From positions 320,001 to 384,000 of the forward strand of contig CAVTRY010000013.1 of NCBI GenBank assembly GCA_963737265.1: DNA of 64,000 nt, read 5' to 3'. A program made the translations under genes and the position numbers. The notes beneath the pieces are model-generated. The model ran no database searches. It worked only from the letters and a program-made list of their open reading frames with translations, and was not told the DNA's origin. Of this stretch, positions 1-8,583 are shown one piece after another (within the stretch, counting starts at the first letter, position 1; every line of letters starts with the position of its first letter). This DNA comes from an uncultured delta proteobacterium. GTDB taxonomy: Bacteria > Myxococcota_A > Polyangia > Fen-1088.

Positions 1-1
1 C

Positions 2-181
2 GGACTGGTCGTCCTCGACAACGCGTTTCTCTTTGGTCATCTGGCGATGGCGCCCGAGGGTGAGCTCGCCGCCGCCATCGCAGCCATGCAGAAGACACAC
101 GATGTGCTTGCCCGCGACGGGCGCTTTCGCTCGACGGTATTTCCCACCGGTGAAGGTCTGGCGGTCGGGGTAAGAATCTAG
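2..181 (+). CDS. O-methyltransferase (class I SAM-dependent), 3' end only
   Basis: Manual translation GLVVLDNAFLFG...RFRSTVFPTGEGLAVGVRI* resembles the C-terminus of caffeoyl-CoA-type OMTs (DN motif); partial at the window edge. Confidence 0.65.
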   Translation, partial: GLVVLDNAFLFGHLAMAPEGELAAAIAAMQKTHDVLARDGRFRSTVFPTGEGLAVGVRI

Positions 182-219
182 CCGCCGGGCAACTCGTAAT
201 CCCGCGATAGGCGTGGAAG

Positions 220-276
220 GTCGTGGCCGTGGCCGTGGCCGGAGTGATCTTCTTCGGCCACGGCCACGGCCACGAC
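220..276. repeat. Hexamer-built palindrome GTC(GTGGCC)3...(GGCCAC)3GAC, REP-like hairpin between convergent genes
   Basis: ~22-bp inverted repeat read directly; lies between the OMT stop and the ku stop. Confidence 0.7.
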
Positions 277-398
277 TACGATGACGTTTACGACCACCCT
301 TCATCGCTCCAACTGGGTGGCGCGTCCATCCTGGAAAGGCACCTTTTTCTGCCGCCTTCCGCGACGTCGCTGCGCTTCCCGCGGGACTACGGCCGCGG

Positions 399-1391
399 TC
401 AGCGCTTGCTTGCGCGTTTGCGGGCCTCGGGCCGCGCGGCCTGGGCGTCGTCGTTCGGCGTGGCCGGCGTCGCGTGCCGGGCGGGCTTGCGCTCGAGAAC
501 GCCAGTCATCCCTGGCGTCTTGTCCGGCGCTTTGTCTGGCGCCTTGGCCAGGCTCAGGGTCGGCTTGGCGTCTTCGCGCTCGCGGGTCGCTGGCGCCTTG
601 GCGGATCGCCCCTCGCCCAGGCTCGCTTTTAGCGCCTCCATCAAATCGATCACGCGGCCGGTTTCGCTTGGGGCCGGCGCCGAAGCAATCTCTTTGCCCG
701 CAACCTTGCGTTCGATGTCAGACTGGATCCGCTTGCGGACGTCATCTTCGTAATTTGCGGGATTGAACGTCTCGGAGCCGATCTGATCGACGAGCTGCCG
801 GGCAAGCTTCACCTCGGACTCGCGCACGTCGGCGTCGGGGATGGGAACCTCGGAAAACGGACGAACTTCGTCGGCATAGAGCAAGGTCTGCATGATGATG
901 CCAATCCCGCCCTGGGCGTCGTCGGACACGCGGAGCATGACGATGTACTGCTTGCCGCGTGCCGCATAACGGGCCACCGCCGCGCGATCAGCCTCACGCA
1001 TCACGGTGGCGAGCAGGCGGTAGGCTTTTTCGCCGCCCTTTTCCGGGCCGAGGTAATACGCCTTCTCGTAATAGAGCGGATCGATGCTCCCGCGCGGGAC
1101 GAACTCGGCGATCTCGATGGACTGGGTCGCCTTCTCCTCCAGCGCCTTGAGCTCGTCGGGCGTGAAGGTGACGTACCGGTCCTTGGCGAACTCGTAGCCC
1201 TTCACCATCTCGTCGCGCGAGACGATCTCGTTGTCGACCGGACAAACGTACTGCTGCTTGAGGCGCGATCCACACTTGCCGTGCAGGAGGTTGAACGAAA
1301 CCCCGGTCGACGATTGGGTCGCGGAGAACAACTTGACTGGTATCGAAACGAGCCCGAAGGAGATCGTTCCGGTGGAGATTGCGCGCGCCAT
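399..1391 (-). CDS. ku: Ku protein (non-homologous end joining)
   Basis: MARAISTGTISFGLVSIPVKLFSA N-terminus, VKGYE and YYL.P motifs, VIDLMEALKASL motif, basic low-complexity tail. Confidence 0.95.
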   Translation of the reverse strand: MARAISTGTISFGLVSIPVKLFSATQSSTGVSFNLLHGKCGSRLKQQYVCPVDNEIVSRDEMVKGYEFAKDRYVTFTPDELKALEEKATQSIEIAEFVPRGSIDPLYYEKAYYLGPEKGGEKAYRLLATVMREADRAAVARYAARGKQYIVMLRVSDDAQGGIGIIMQTLLYADEVRPFSEVPIPDADVRESEVKLARQLVDQIGSETFNPANYEDDVRKRIQSDIERKVAGKEIASAPAPSETGRVIDLMEALKASLGEGRSAKAPATREREDAKPTLSLAKAPDKAPDKTPGMTGVLERKPARHATPATPNDDAQAARPEARKRASKR

Positions 1392-1518
1392 GGGCCAATT
1401 CTGGCCAGACGATTTTGCCGATGCACAATAAAAAGGACTTGGCTAATCCTCTTGCCGTCACAGTGCGCTATGCGGCTGCCCTTGCAACTCGCGACGTCAA
1501 CGCCTGGCCGACATCCAA

Positions 1519-2262
1519 TCAGCCTTGGGCAAGCTTCTCCACGAATTGAGCCGCGAGCTTCGGGCCGAGTCCCGCGTCCTCGTGTTTGAAATAGACGAAT
1601 GCGGCGGTCCACCCGGGCGCCATGGCCGCGAGCTTTTCGGCCCACGCCCCGAGGGCAGCTTCGTCGTAGTCGGTGCGGCGCAGGCGCAAGTAGCCCCACG
1701 GGGCCGTAGCGACCAGCGGAGTGGCAAGGTCTTCGGCGTCTGCCACGCACAGGGCCGCGCCGTGCGCGCGCAAGGCTTCGTACACGGCATCGTCGAACCA
1801 AGAGGTGTGGCGGAACTCGAAGGCGGCGCGGGTTTGCCGGGGCAGGAGGGCGAGAAAATCCACAAGACGCGGGACGTCCTTGCGAAGAAACGGCGGCAGC
1901 TGAAAGAGAATGGGCCCCAGCTTTTCGCCGAACGACGACAGCGCCTTCAGGAAATAGCCAACGGCATCGGCCGCCCCTGCCAGTTTCTGGCGATGCGTGA
2001 TCAGCTGCGGCGCCTTGGGTGCGAAGCGAAACGCGGCGGGCGTCGTGGCCGCCCACGCAGCCAGCATCTCGGCCTTCGGCATGCGGTAGAACGTGTTGTT
2101 GATCTCGACCGTCCTCAGGCGCTCGGCGTAGTGCGCCAGCATCTTCGCGGGCGGCATTTTTTCCGGATAGAAGCTCCCGCGCCACGCCGGGTAGCTGAAA
2201 CCGCTGGTTCCGATCCACGTCTCCACGCCATCTTTTGTGACACGAAAGTCGGACGTCGTCAC
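1519..2262 (-). CDS. DUF72 (UPF0759/YecE) family protein
   Basis: IGTSGFSYPAWRGSFYP, VEINNTFY, LFQLPP, EFRH.SW motifs. Confidence 0.93.
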   Translation of the reverse strand: MTTSDFRVTKDGVETWIGTSGFSYPAWRGSFYPEKMPPAKMLAHYAERLRTVEINNTFYRMPKAEMLAAWAATTPAAFRFAPKAPQLITHRQKLAGAADAVGYFLKALSSFGEKLGPILFQLPPFLRKDVPRLVDFLALLPRQTRAAFEFRHTSWFDDAVYEALRAHGAALCVADAEDLATPLVATAPWGYLRLRRTDYDEAALGAWAEKLAAMAPGWTAAFVYFKHEDAGLGPKLAAQFVEKLAQG

Positions 2263-2273
2263 GGCGGACAGCC

Positions 2274-4481
2274 ATGGCCCTAGACGAATACAGTCGCAAG
2301 CGGAATTTCACCATTACGGCCGAGCCACCCGCGCGCGTCGCCGCGACTACGACGGGCCGGAGCTTCGTCGTGCAGAAACACGCCGCGCGCCAGTTGCACT
2401 ACGATTTTCGCCTCGAGCTCGACGGCGTGCTCAAGAGCTGGTCGATCCCCAAGGGCCCGAGCTTCGATCCCGCGGCCAAGCGTCTGGCGGTGGCGGTCGA
2501 GGATCATCCCATCGACTACGGAGGATTCGAAGGCATCATCCCGGCCGGTCAGTACGGCGGCGGTACGGTATTGCTGTGGGATCGGGGAACCTGGAATCCG
2601 CTGCTCGATCCGGCCGCCGGCCTCGCCGCCGGTCACCTCAAGTTCGAGCTCTTGGGCGAAAAGCTGCGCGGCCGCTGGGCGCTGGTCCGATTGAAGCCGC
2701 GCGCCAGGGCTTCGGGCGGCAGCGACGAGCGGAGCTGGCTGCTGGTCAAAGATCGCGATGGGCACGCGCGGCCCGAAAGCGAATGGAGCGTAACGGATGC
2801 TCGCCCCGAGAGCGTGGCGACGGGGCGCAATCTGGACGCCATCGCCGCGGCCTCGGACCGCGTCTGGCACTCGAATCGCGGTCTCGCGGATCCGAGCCGC
2901 GTAGGGAGCCCGCCGGCTCTTCAGGGTTCCCATCTCAGCGCCGCGCGCGTGGCGCCGATGCCGGAAGGGGTCCGCCCGGCGCGGCCCAAGCTCGCGCGCC
3001 GCGTGCCCGACGGGGACAACTGGCTGCACGAGATCGAGATCGTGGGCGAACGGATCGTGGCCCGCGCGAACGGGGGCCGCGTTCAGTTGCTCGGGGTCGA
3101 CGGACGCGACCGCACGGCCGCGCTTGCCGGGGTGGCGAGCTTGGTGCGGACGCTGCCTGCCAATCAGGTTATTGTCGACTGCGTCGCTACGGCGCTGGGT
3201 GCGGACGGACATTCGGGAGCGGATCGCCCAGCCGACACGCTGTATGCAATCGATCTGCCGTACCTCGACGGCCACGATCTGACGCGGGTCCCGCTCAGTG
3301 AGCGCAAAGACGTGCTGGCTTCCTTGGTCGCCAAGGCCAACGCCGGTGCCGGCACCGCGACCGGGCTGCGCTACGCGGACCATGTCTTGGGCCGCGGCCG
3401 CGAAACCTTCGCCCAGGCCAGCGCCCTCGGTGCCGCCGGGATCGTATCGAAGAAGGTTGACAGCCGCTATCCGCCGCCAGCGTTGTCCTGGCGTGTCGTT
3501 CGATGTCCTTCGAATGGCGCCACCCACGCGCAGGCCGCGGCGGCAGTGCCCAAATTGGCCAGAAAGGCGCCGCCGACTGAGCTGCTCATCGCGGGCGTCA
3601 AGTTGACCCATCCCCAGCGCATGCTCTATCCCGACGTCGGCATAACCAAGCTCGACCTCGCGCGCTACTACGAGCGTGTCGGCGAGCGCATGCTGCCCTA
3701 CCTCGTGGATCGTCCACTGACGCTCGTGCGCGCCCCGGACGGCATGAACGGACAGCGCTTCTTCGTCCGTCACGCGGGCGACTGGGCTCCGCGCGAGCTA
3801 AGGCAATTCGAGATCGCCGGCGGCACCGGCGCGGGCACGGCGATGATCGTCGACGGTCTGCGCGGCCTCGTCGCCCTGGCACAGATGAACGTTCTCGAGA
3901 TACATCCGTGGAACGCGCGCACGAGCGACCTCGAGCGGCCCGATCGCATCGTCTTTGACCTGGATCCCGGGCCAGAGGTTCCTTGGTCGGAGGTCGTCGA
4001 CAGCGCCAGGCGCGTGCGGGAGGTGCTTGAGACGCTCGATCTCGCAAGCTTCGTCAAAACGACTGGGGGAAAGGGCCTGCACGTGGTGGTTCCCCTGACG
4101 CCTGCCGCGACTTGGGACGACACGCTCGAGTTTTCGCGGGTCATGGCCCAGGCGCTTTCGCGCTTCGAGCCCGCGCGTTTCTCGGCCGGGCTCGCCAAAG
4201 CGGCGCGCACCAGCAAGATCTTCGTCGACTATCTTCGCAACCGTCGCGGCGCGACCTCGGTCAGCGTGTTCTCGTCGCGTGCGCAAGCAACCGCGACCGT
4301 GTCCGTTCCCGTCACGTGGGACGGGCTTGGCTTCGCAACGCGCGCCGATGCCTTTCACGTCGGGGATGTCGACCAGTGGTTCCGGGGGCCGGACCCGTGG
4401 GCCGAACACAGCAAGATCCGGCAGCGCCTGACCGCAACCAAAATCAAGGCCGCGCGCGCCGCGCTCGGGCGAGCGCCCTAG
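2274..4481 (+). CDS. ligD: LigD-like protein: 3'-phosphoesterase + degenerate ligase domain + primase-polymerase domain
   Basis: PE motifs QKH.A..LHYDFRLE and VEDHP..Y..FEG; POL motifs PDRIVFDLDPG, KTTGGKGLHV, FVDYLRN; ligase motif I reads EIEIVGER with no Lys. Confidence 0.88.
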   Translation: MALDEYSRKRNFTITAEPPARVAATTTGRSFVVQKHAARQLHYDFRLELDGVLKSWSIPKGPSFDPAAKRLAVAVEDHPIDYGGFEGIIPAGQYGGGTVLLWDRGTWNPLLDPAAGLAAGHLKFELLGEKLRGRWALVRLKPRARASGGSDERSWLLVKDRDGHARPESEWSVTDARPESVATGRNLDAIAAASDRVWHSNRGLADPSRVGSPPALQGSHLSAARVAPMPEGVRPARPKLARRVPDGDNWLHEIEIVGERIVARANGGRVQLLGVDGRDRTAALAGVASLVRTLPANQVIVDCVATALGADGHSGADRPADTLYAIDLPYLDGHDLTRVPLSERKDVLASLVAKANAGAGTATGLRYADHVLGRGRETFAQASALGAAGIVSKKVDSRYPPPALSWRVVRCPSNGATHAQAAAAVPKLARKAPPTELLIAGVKLTHPQRMLYPDVGITKLDLARYYERVGERMLPYLVDRPLTLVRAPDGMNGQRFFVRHAGDWAPRELRQFEIAGGTGAGTAMIVDGLRGLVALAQMNVLEIHPWNARTSDLERPDRIVFDLDPGPEVPWSEVVDSARRVREVLETLDLASFVKTTGGKGLHVVVPLTPAATWDDTLEFSRVMAQALSRFEPARFSAGLAKAARTSKIFVDYLRNRRGATSVSVFSSRAQATATVSVPVTWDGLGFATRADAFHVGDVDQWFRGPDPWAEHSKIRQRLTATKIKAARAALGRAP

Positions 4482-4494
4482 GGGAAAGTCGACG

Positions 4495-5547
4495 ATGACT
4501 GGCGCGAAATCTCAACCACGCCGAGGCGGCGCCGCTGCCGTGAACGTCGCCGGCGCCGTCGCGGCACCTCTGCCCAAGGGTGTCGAACCCGAGCTGCCGA
4601 CGCCCGTGGCCGCGCCCCCGGCGGAGGAAACCTGGGGCCACGAGATCAAGTTCGACGGGTATCGCATCCTGGCCAGCGTGGAAAAGGGCCAGGTGACGCT
4701 GACAACGCGCAGAGGGAACGACTGGACCTCCCGCATGCCCGCGCTAGCGGAAGCGATAGGCGCCATCCCGGTGGAGACCGCCTTGCTCGACGGCGAGTTG
4801 GTGTCGCTGGACGCGCGTGGGGTAAGCGATTTTCAAAGTTTGCAGGACGCGCTCAGTTGCGGGCCTGGTCGCAACGCCCGCCCCCTTGTCTATTTTGCCT
4901 TTGACCTGCTGTACCTCGACGGCGTCGATCTGCGTGGCGTCGGTCTAGCCCAACGAAAGGCGTTGCTCGGGGAAATGCTCACCCACGTCCCACCTCCTTT
5001 CGCCAACACGATTCGCTTGAGTGAGCACGTCATTGGCCAGGGGCCGGCCTTCTTCACGCTAGCGGCCCGCATGGGCTTGGAGGGGATCGTCTCGAAACGA
5101 CTGGCTGCTCCCTATCGCTCCGGGCGCAGCCGCAACTGGCTGAAAGTGAAATGCATCCAGCGACAAGAGTTCGTCGTGGTCGGCTTCACCGATCCGAAAG
5201 GTTCGCGCAGTGCTCTTGGGGCGTTACTGCTCGCCACCTACAAGGGCGACGAGCTCGTCTATCGCGGACGAGTCGGCACTGGCTTTGGTGAAGGCTCGCT
5301 ACGCGAGCTTCACGGCAAGCTCGCGCCCTTGCGTGACCTTAAGCCGCGCCTCGCGCACGCGCCGGTGGGTGCCGAGGTGCGACGGGTCCACTGGGTGAAG
5401 CCCGAGCTTGTGGCCGAGGTTTCCTTCGCGGGACTCACCCAGGATGGCCTGCTTCGCCATGCAACCTTTTCGGGCCTGCGCGACGACAAGAAAGCTTCGG
5501 AGGTGACCCTCGAAAGTCTCTGCGAAAGTCTCTGCCATTGCACGTAA
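4495..5547 (+). CDS. ligD: ATP-dependent DNA ligase (LigD ligase + OB domain, stand-alone)
   Basis: Intact EIKFDGYR, LDGE, FDLL, EGIVSKR, WLKVK, GRVGTGF, LRH..F.GLR.DK. Confidence 0.92.
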   Translation: MTGAKSQPRRGGAAAVNVAGAVAAPLPKGVEPELPTPVAAPPAEETWGHEIKFDGYRILASVEKGQVTLTTRRGNDWTSRMPALAEAIGAIPVETALLDGELVSLDARGVSDFQSLQDALSCGPGRNARPLVYFAFDLLYLDGVDLRGVGLAQRKALLGEMLTHVPPPFANTIRLSEHVIGQGPAFFTLAARMGLEGIVSKRLAAPYRSGRSRNWLKVKCIQRQEFVVVGFTDPKGSRSALGALLLATYKGDELVYRGRVGTGFGEGSLRELHGKLAPLRDLKPRLAHAPVGAEVRRVHWVKPELVAEVSFAGLTQDGLLRHATFSGLRDDKKASEVTLESLCESLCHCT

Positions 5548-5572
5548 CGGGATTAAGGATTCTAATCACGCC

Positions 5573-7657
5573 ATGAAGTCTTGCGTGATTCGCCTGATTC
5601 TCTGCTGCTCCCTCCTTGTCGCATGTTCCAGCTCAAACTCATCTTCGGGCGTAGATGCTCAAGGCGATGGGGATCGGCTCGATGTCGTCAGTAGGGATTC
5701 CGCCGCTCCGACGTCGCTTCCCGACGCAGCGAGTGCCGCCGATCTTGCACCTGCCGATACCACGGCCGTCGGCGGGCCGTGGAATGCGGCGACGCAGGCG
5801 ATTCCCACCACGCCCTTCTTGGTGATCGACCAATTCGGGTATCGCACGAGCGCCGAGAAGATCGCGATTGTCCGCACGCCTGTCGCCGGCTTTGATGCGA
5901 CCACGACATTCGCCCCCAGCGCCTCGCTGTCCGTCGTCGACGTGCACTCGGGTGCAGCCGTGTGGAGCGGCGCGCCCGTCGCATGGCAAGCCGGCGCAAC
6001 CGATAGCGACGCAAGCCATGGCTCCGGCGACAAGACGTGGTGGCTCACCTTCAGCGCGCTCGCCACACCGGGCACCTATGTTGTCGTCGATCCGGGCAAC
6101 AACGTGCGCTCGTATCCGTTTCAAGTCGGCGATACGGTCTACGCCAACATCTTCAAGGCCGCTCAGAAGATGTACTACTACCAGCGCTTTGGCATCGCCA
6201 AGACCGCGTCCTATGCGGGGGCGGCTTGGGCGGATGCCTTGGACTTTCCCGGCGACACCGCCTGCCTGGATTTTGTCACGAAAAGCAACCCGCAAGACCT
6301 GAGCGGCGGCTGGTTCGATGCGGGTGACTACAACAGATACACCAACTGGGCCGCCGCCGATGTCATCCAACTTCTGCGCGCCTACGTCGAGAGCCCCCAT
6401 GCCTTCACCGACGATGTGAACATCCCTGAATCGGGCAACGCCGTACCGGATATCCTGGATGAAGTGATGTGGGAGCTCAATTGGATGAAGAAGATGCAAG
6501 ACGGAGCGGGCGCCAATGGCTCGGTGCTGAGCATCGCGGGCGAGGTTCCACCGGCGACCGGCGCAGTGATGTCGCCGCCTTCGGCATCGAGCGCAAAGTG
6601 TTTTTACGGCGAGGTCAATACCTCGGCGACCTTGAGCACCGCGGGTGCGTTTGCCTATGCCTCGACTGTGCTGCAACAGGTTCCGTCGCTGGCCTCGTAC
6701 ACCGCCGATCTCCTGAGTCGCGCCGAAAAGGCCTGGACGTGGGCCGGCGCGAATCCCGCGGTCTTCTTTCAGAACAACGACGCGGCATCTGGGTCCTCCG
6801 GACTTGGCGCTGGCCAACAGGACGTCACTGCCGCCGCCCTCGCGCAAATCAAGCTGGACGCTTCGGCGCTGCTTTTTGCGGCGACGGGAAGCACCACGTA
6901 CCAAACCTATTTCGACGCCAACTACGACGCTGGCGGTTTGACCTCGGGACTCGCGGGCTACGTCGGTCCGTGGAACCTCGGTGACCTCGACGCGTTACTC
7001 ACCTACGCCACCGCCACCAACGCCACAGCAGCGGTGGCTTCTGCGATCAAAACCAACATGCTGGCCGGGCTGAATGGCGGCGACAATTTCCCGGCATATA
7101 CGGGGAGCAAAGGCGCCTACGGCCCGTACCTGGCGCAGTTTGTGTGGGGCAGCAATCAAACCCAAGCTGCGCAGGGCTTGCTGTTCACGCTGGTTCCGAC
7201 GTACGGACTCGCTCCGGCGAAAAGCACCGATGCCATGATGGCTGCCGAGCGTCATGTCCACTACTTCCACGGCGCCAATCCGCTTTCGAAGGTGTTCCTG
7301 TCGAACGTCAACTCGATTGGCGCCTCGAATTCCGTGACGTCGCTTTACCATTCGTGGTTTGCGCCTGGCACCGATTGGAGCATTGTCGGCGTGTCCAAGT
7401 ACGGGCCCGCGCCCGGCTATCTGGTGGGCGGCGCGAATCCGAGCTATGCGCTGGATAGCTGTTGCCCCGCGGGTTGTGGGTCCGCCGCGAACAACGCGCT
7501 TTGTGTGAATCCAATCCCGCCCGCCGGGCAGCCGCCCATGAAGTCGTACAAGGATTTCAACGACAACTGGCCGCTCGATTCGTGGCAGGTTACCGAGCCC
7601 GATTTGGGCTACCAGGCGGCATATGTGAGGCTGCTGGCGAAGTTCGTGAACAACTAG
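5573..7657 (+). CDS. Glycoside hydrolase family 9 lipoprotein with N-terminal Ig-like domain
   Basis: Lipobox LVAC; IDQFGY Ig domain; YYQR and GGWFDAGD; C-terminal SWQVTEPDLGYQA with catalytic Glu. Confidence 0.88.
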   Translation: MKSCVIRLILCCSLLVACSSSNSSSGVDAQGDGDRLDVVSRDSAAPTSLPDAASAADLAPADTTAVGGPWNAATQAIPTTPFLVIDQFGYRTSAEKIAIVRTPVAGFDATTTFAPSASLSVVDVHSGAAVWSGAPVAWQAGATDSDASHGSGDKTWWLTFSALATPGTYVVVDPGNNVRSYPFQVGDTVYANIFKAAQKMYYYQRFGIAKTASYAGAAWADALDFPGDTACLDFVTKSNPQDLSGGWFDAGDYNRYTNWAAADVIQLLRAYVESPHAFTDDVNIPESGNAVPDILDEVMWELNWMKKMQDGAGANGSVLSIAGEVPPATGAVMSPPSASSAKCFYGEVNTSATLSTAGAFAYASTVLQQVPSLASYTADLLSRAEKAWTWAGANPAVFFQNNDAASGSSGLGAGQQDVTAAALAQIKLDASALLFAATGSTTYQTYFDANYDAGGLTSGLAGYVGPWNLGDLDALLTYATATNATAAVASAIKTNMLAGLNGGDNFPAYTGSKGAYGPYLAQFVWGSNQTQAAQGLLFTLVPTYGLAPAKSTDAMMAAERHVHYFHGANPLSKVFLSNVNSIGASNSVTSLYHSWFAPGTDWSIVGVSKYGPAPGYLVGGANPSYALDSCCPAGCGSAANNALCVNPIPPAGQPPMKSYKDFNDNWPLDSWQVTEPDLGYQAAYVRLLAKFVNN

Positions 7658-7772
7658 CGCGCGCCGGTTGGGACAGAGAACAGCATGGACAGAGAACGGT
7701 GAGAACGTATATTATTTTGCCTATCGTCCCATTATCTAATACGATGGGCCGCAGGAAACCACAGGAGAACCC

Positions 7773-8315
7773 ATGCCCGATACGAACATCACCGCCTTTG
7801 TAGAGACCTTCGCCAGCCAGCTTGTCGCTGCCGTGGAGGCGTCCGTCGCTGAGCGAGTCCAAGCTGCTATTGCCGGCGTTTTCGATGCGCCACAAAAGTA
7901 CGGAATCGGAAGACCACCAGTGCAGGCTGTGGCCGGTGTGGCAAGTGTGGCGGCAAAGTCTGGGGCGGCAAAGAAGTCACGACCAAAGCAGTTTTGCCCG
8001 GTACCCGGTTGCAACAACGTTGCGGCACCAGTCTTCGGCATGGTCTGCAAAGATCACAGGAACGTGGCCAAGTCCAAAATCGCAAAGTACCGGGAAGAGC
8101 GCAAGGCCACGCCCGCCCAGAGCGTGACGCCCACGGCGGTAAAGAAGGTGATGCAGATGTCGCCAAAGGCCGCGCGGGCGCGGAAGATTCAAGGACAGTA
8201 CATGGGGGCGCTAAAATCCTTAACAGGTGCGGACAGAGAAAAGGTCAAACAGACTGCCAGGGAGAAGGGCGTCGCCGAGGCCGTGCGCCTCGCGAAGTCG
8301 ATGAAGAAGGGCTAA
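7773..8315 (+). CDS. Small basic hypothetical protein with C-x4-C-x11-C-x2-H motif
   Basis: RBS AGGAG before the ATG; CPVPGCNNVAAPVFGMVCKDH; Lys/Arg-rich; AT-rich upstream region. Confidence 0.6.
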   Translation: MPDTNITAFVETFASQLVAAVEASVAERVQAAIAGVFDAPQKYGIGRPPVQAVAGVASVAAKSGAAKKSRPKQFCPVPGCNNVAAPVFGMVCKDHRNVAKSKIAKYREERKATPAQSVTPTAVKKVMQMSPKAARARKIQGQYMGALKSLTGADREKVKQTAREKGVAEAVRLAKSMKKG

Positions 8316-8326
8316 GCCTAAGCTAG

Positions 8327-8583
8327 CTAGCAGACCGTGGTGAAGGTCTCCACGTCGCCGTTCGGGCGGATTCTGGGCCGTTTGCCGACCTTGGAACCCT
8401 GGGAGGGGTCCGAACCTCCCGCGCCTTGAGCGGTCGAGCAAAGCTCGCCCGCTCCTCCGGCGGATAGGTCGCCGCTCGCTTGAATACCTCTAGTATTCGG
8501 CGCTTCGCCGCTCCTCGCATCCGGCGCACCCGGCCCGAATCCACTCCGAACGGCTCGGTCCGACTTCCACCACGGGATGCTAG
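8327..8583. mobile_element. MITE-like element, copy 1 (257 bp), CTAG-bounded
   Basis: Ends CTAGCAGACCGTGGTGAAGGTC...GACTTCCACCACGGGATGCTAG are imperfect terminal inverted repeats; internal sequence homologous (reverse orientation) to 45398-45565. Confidence 0.75.
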
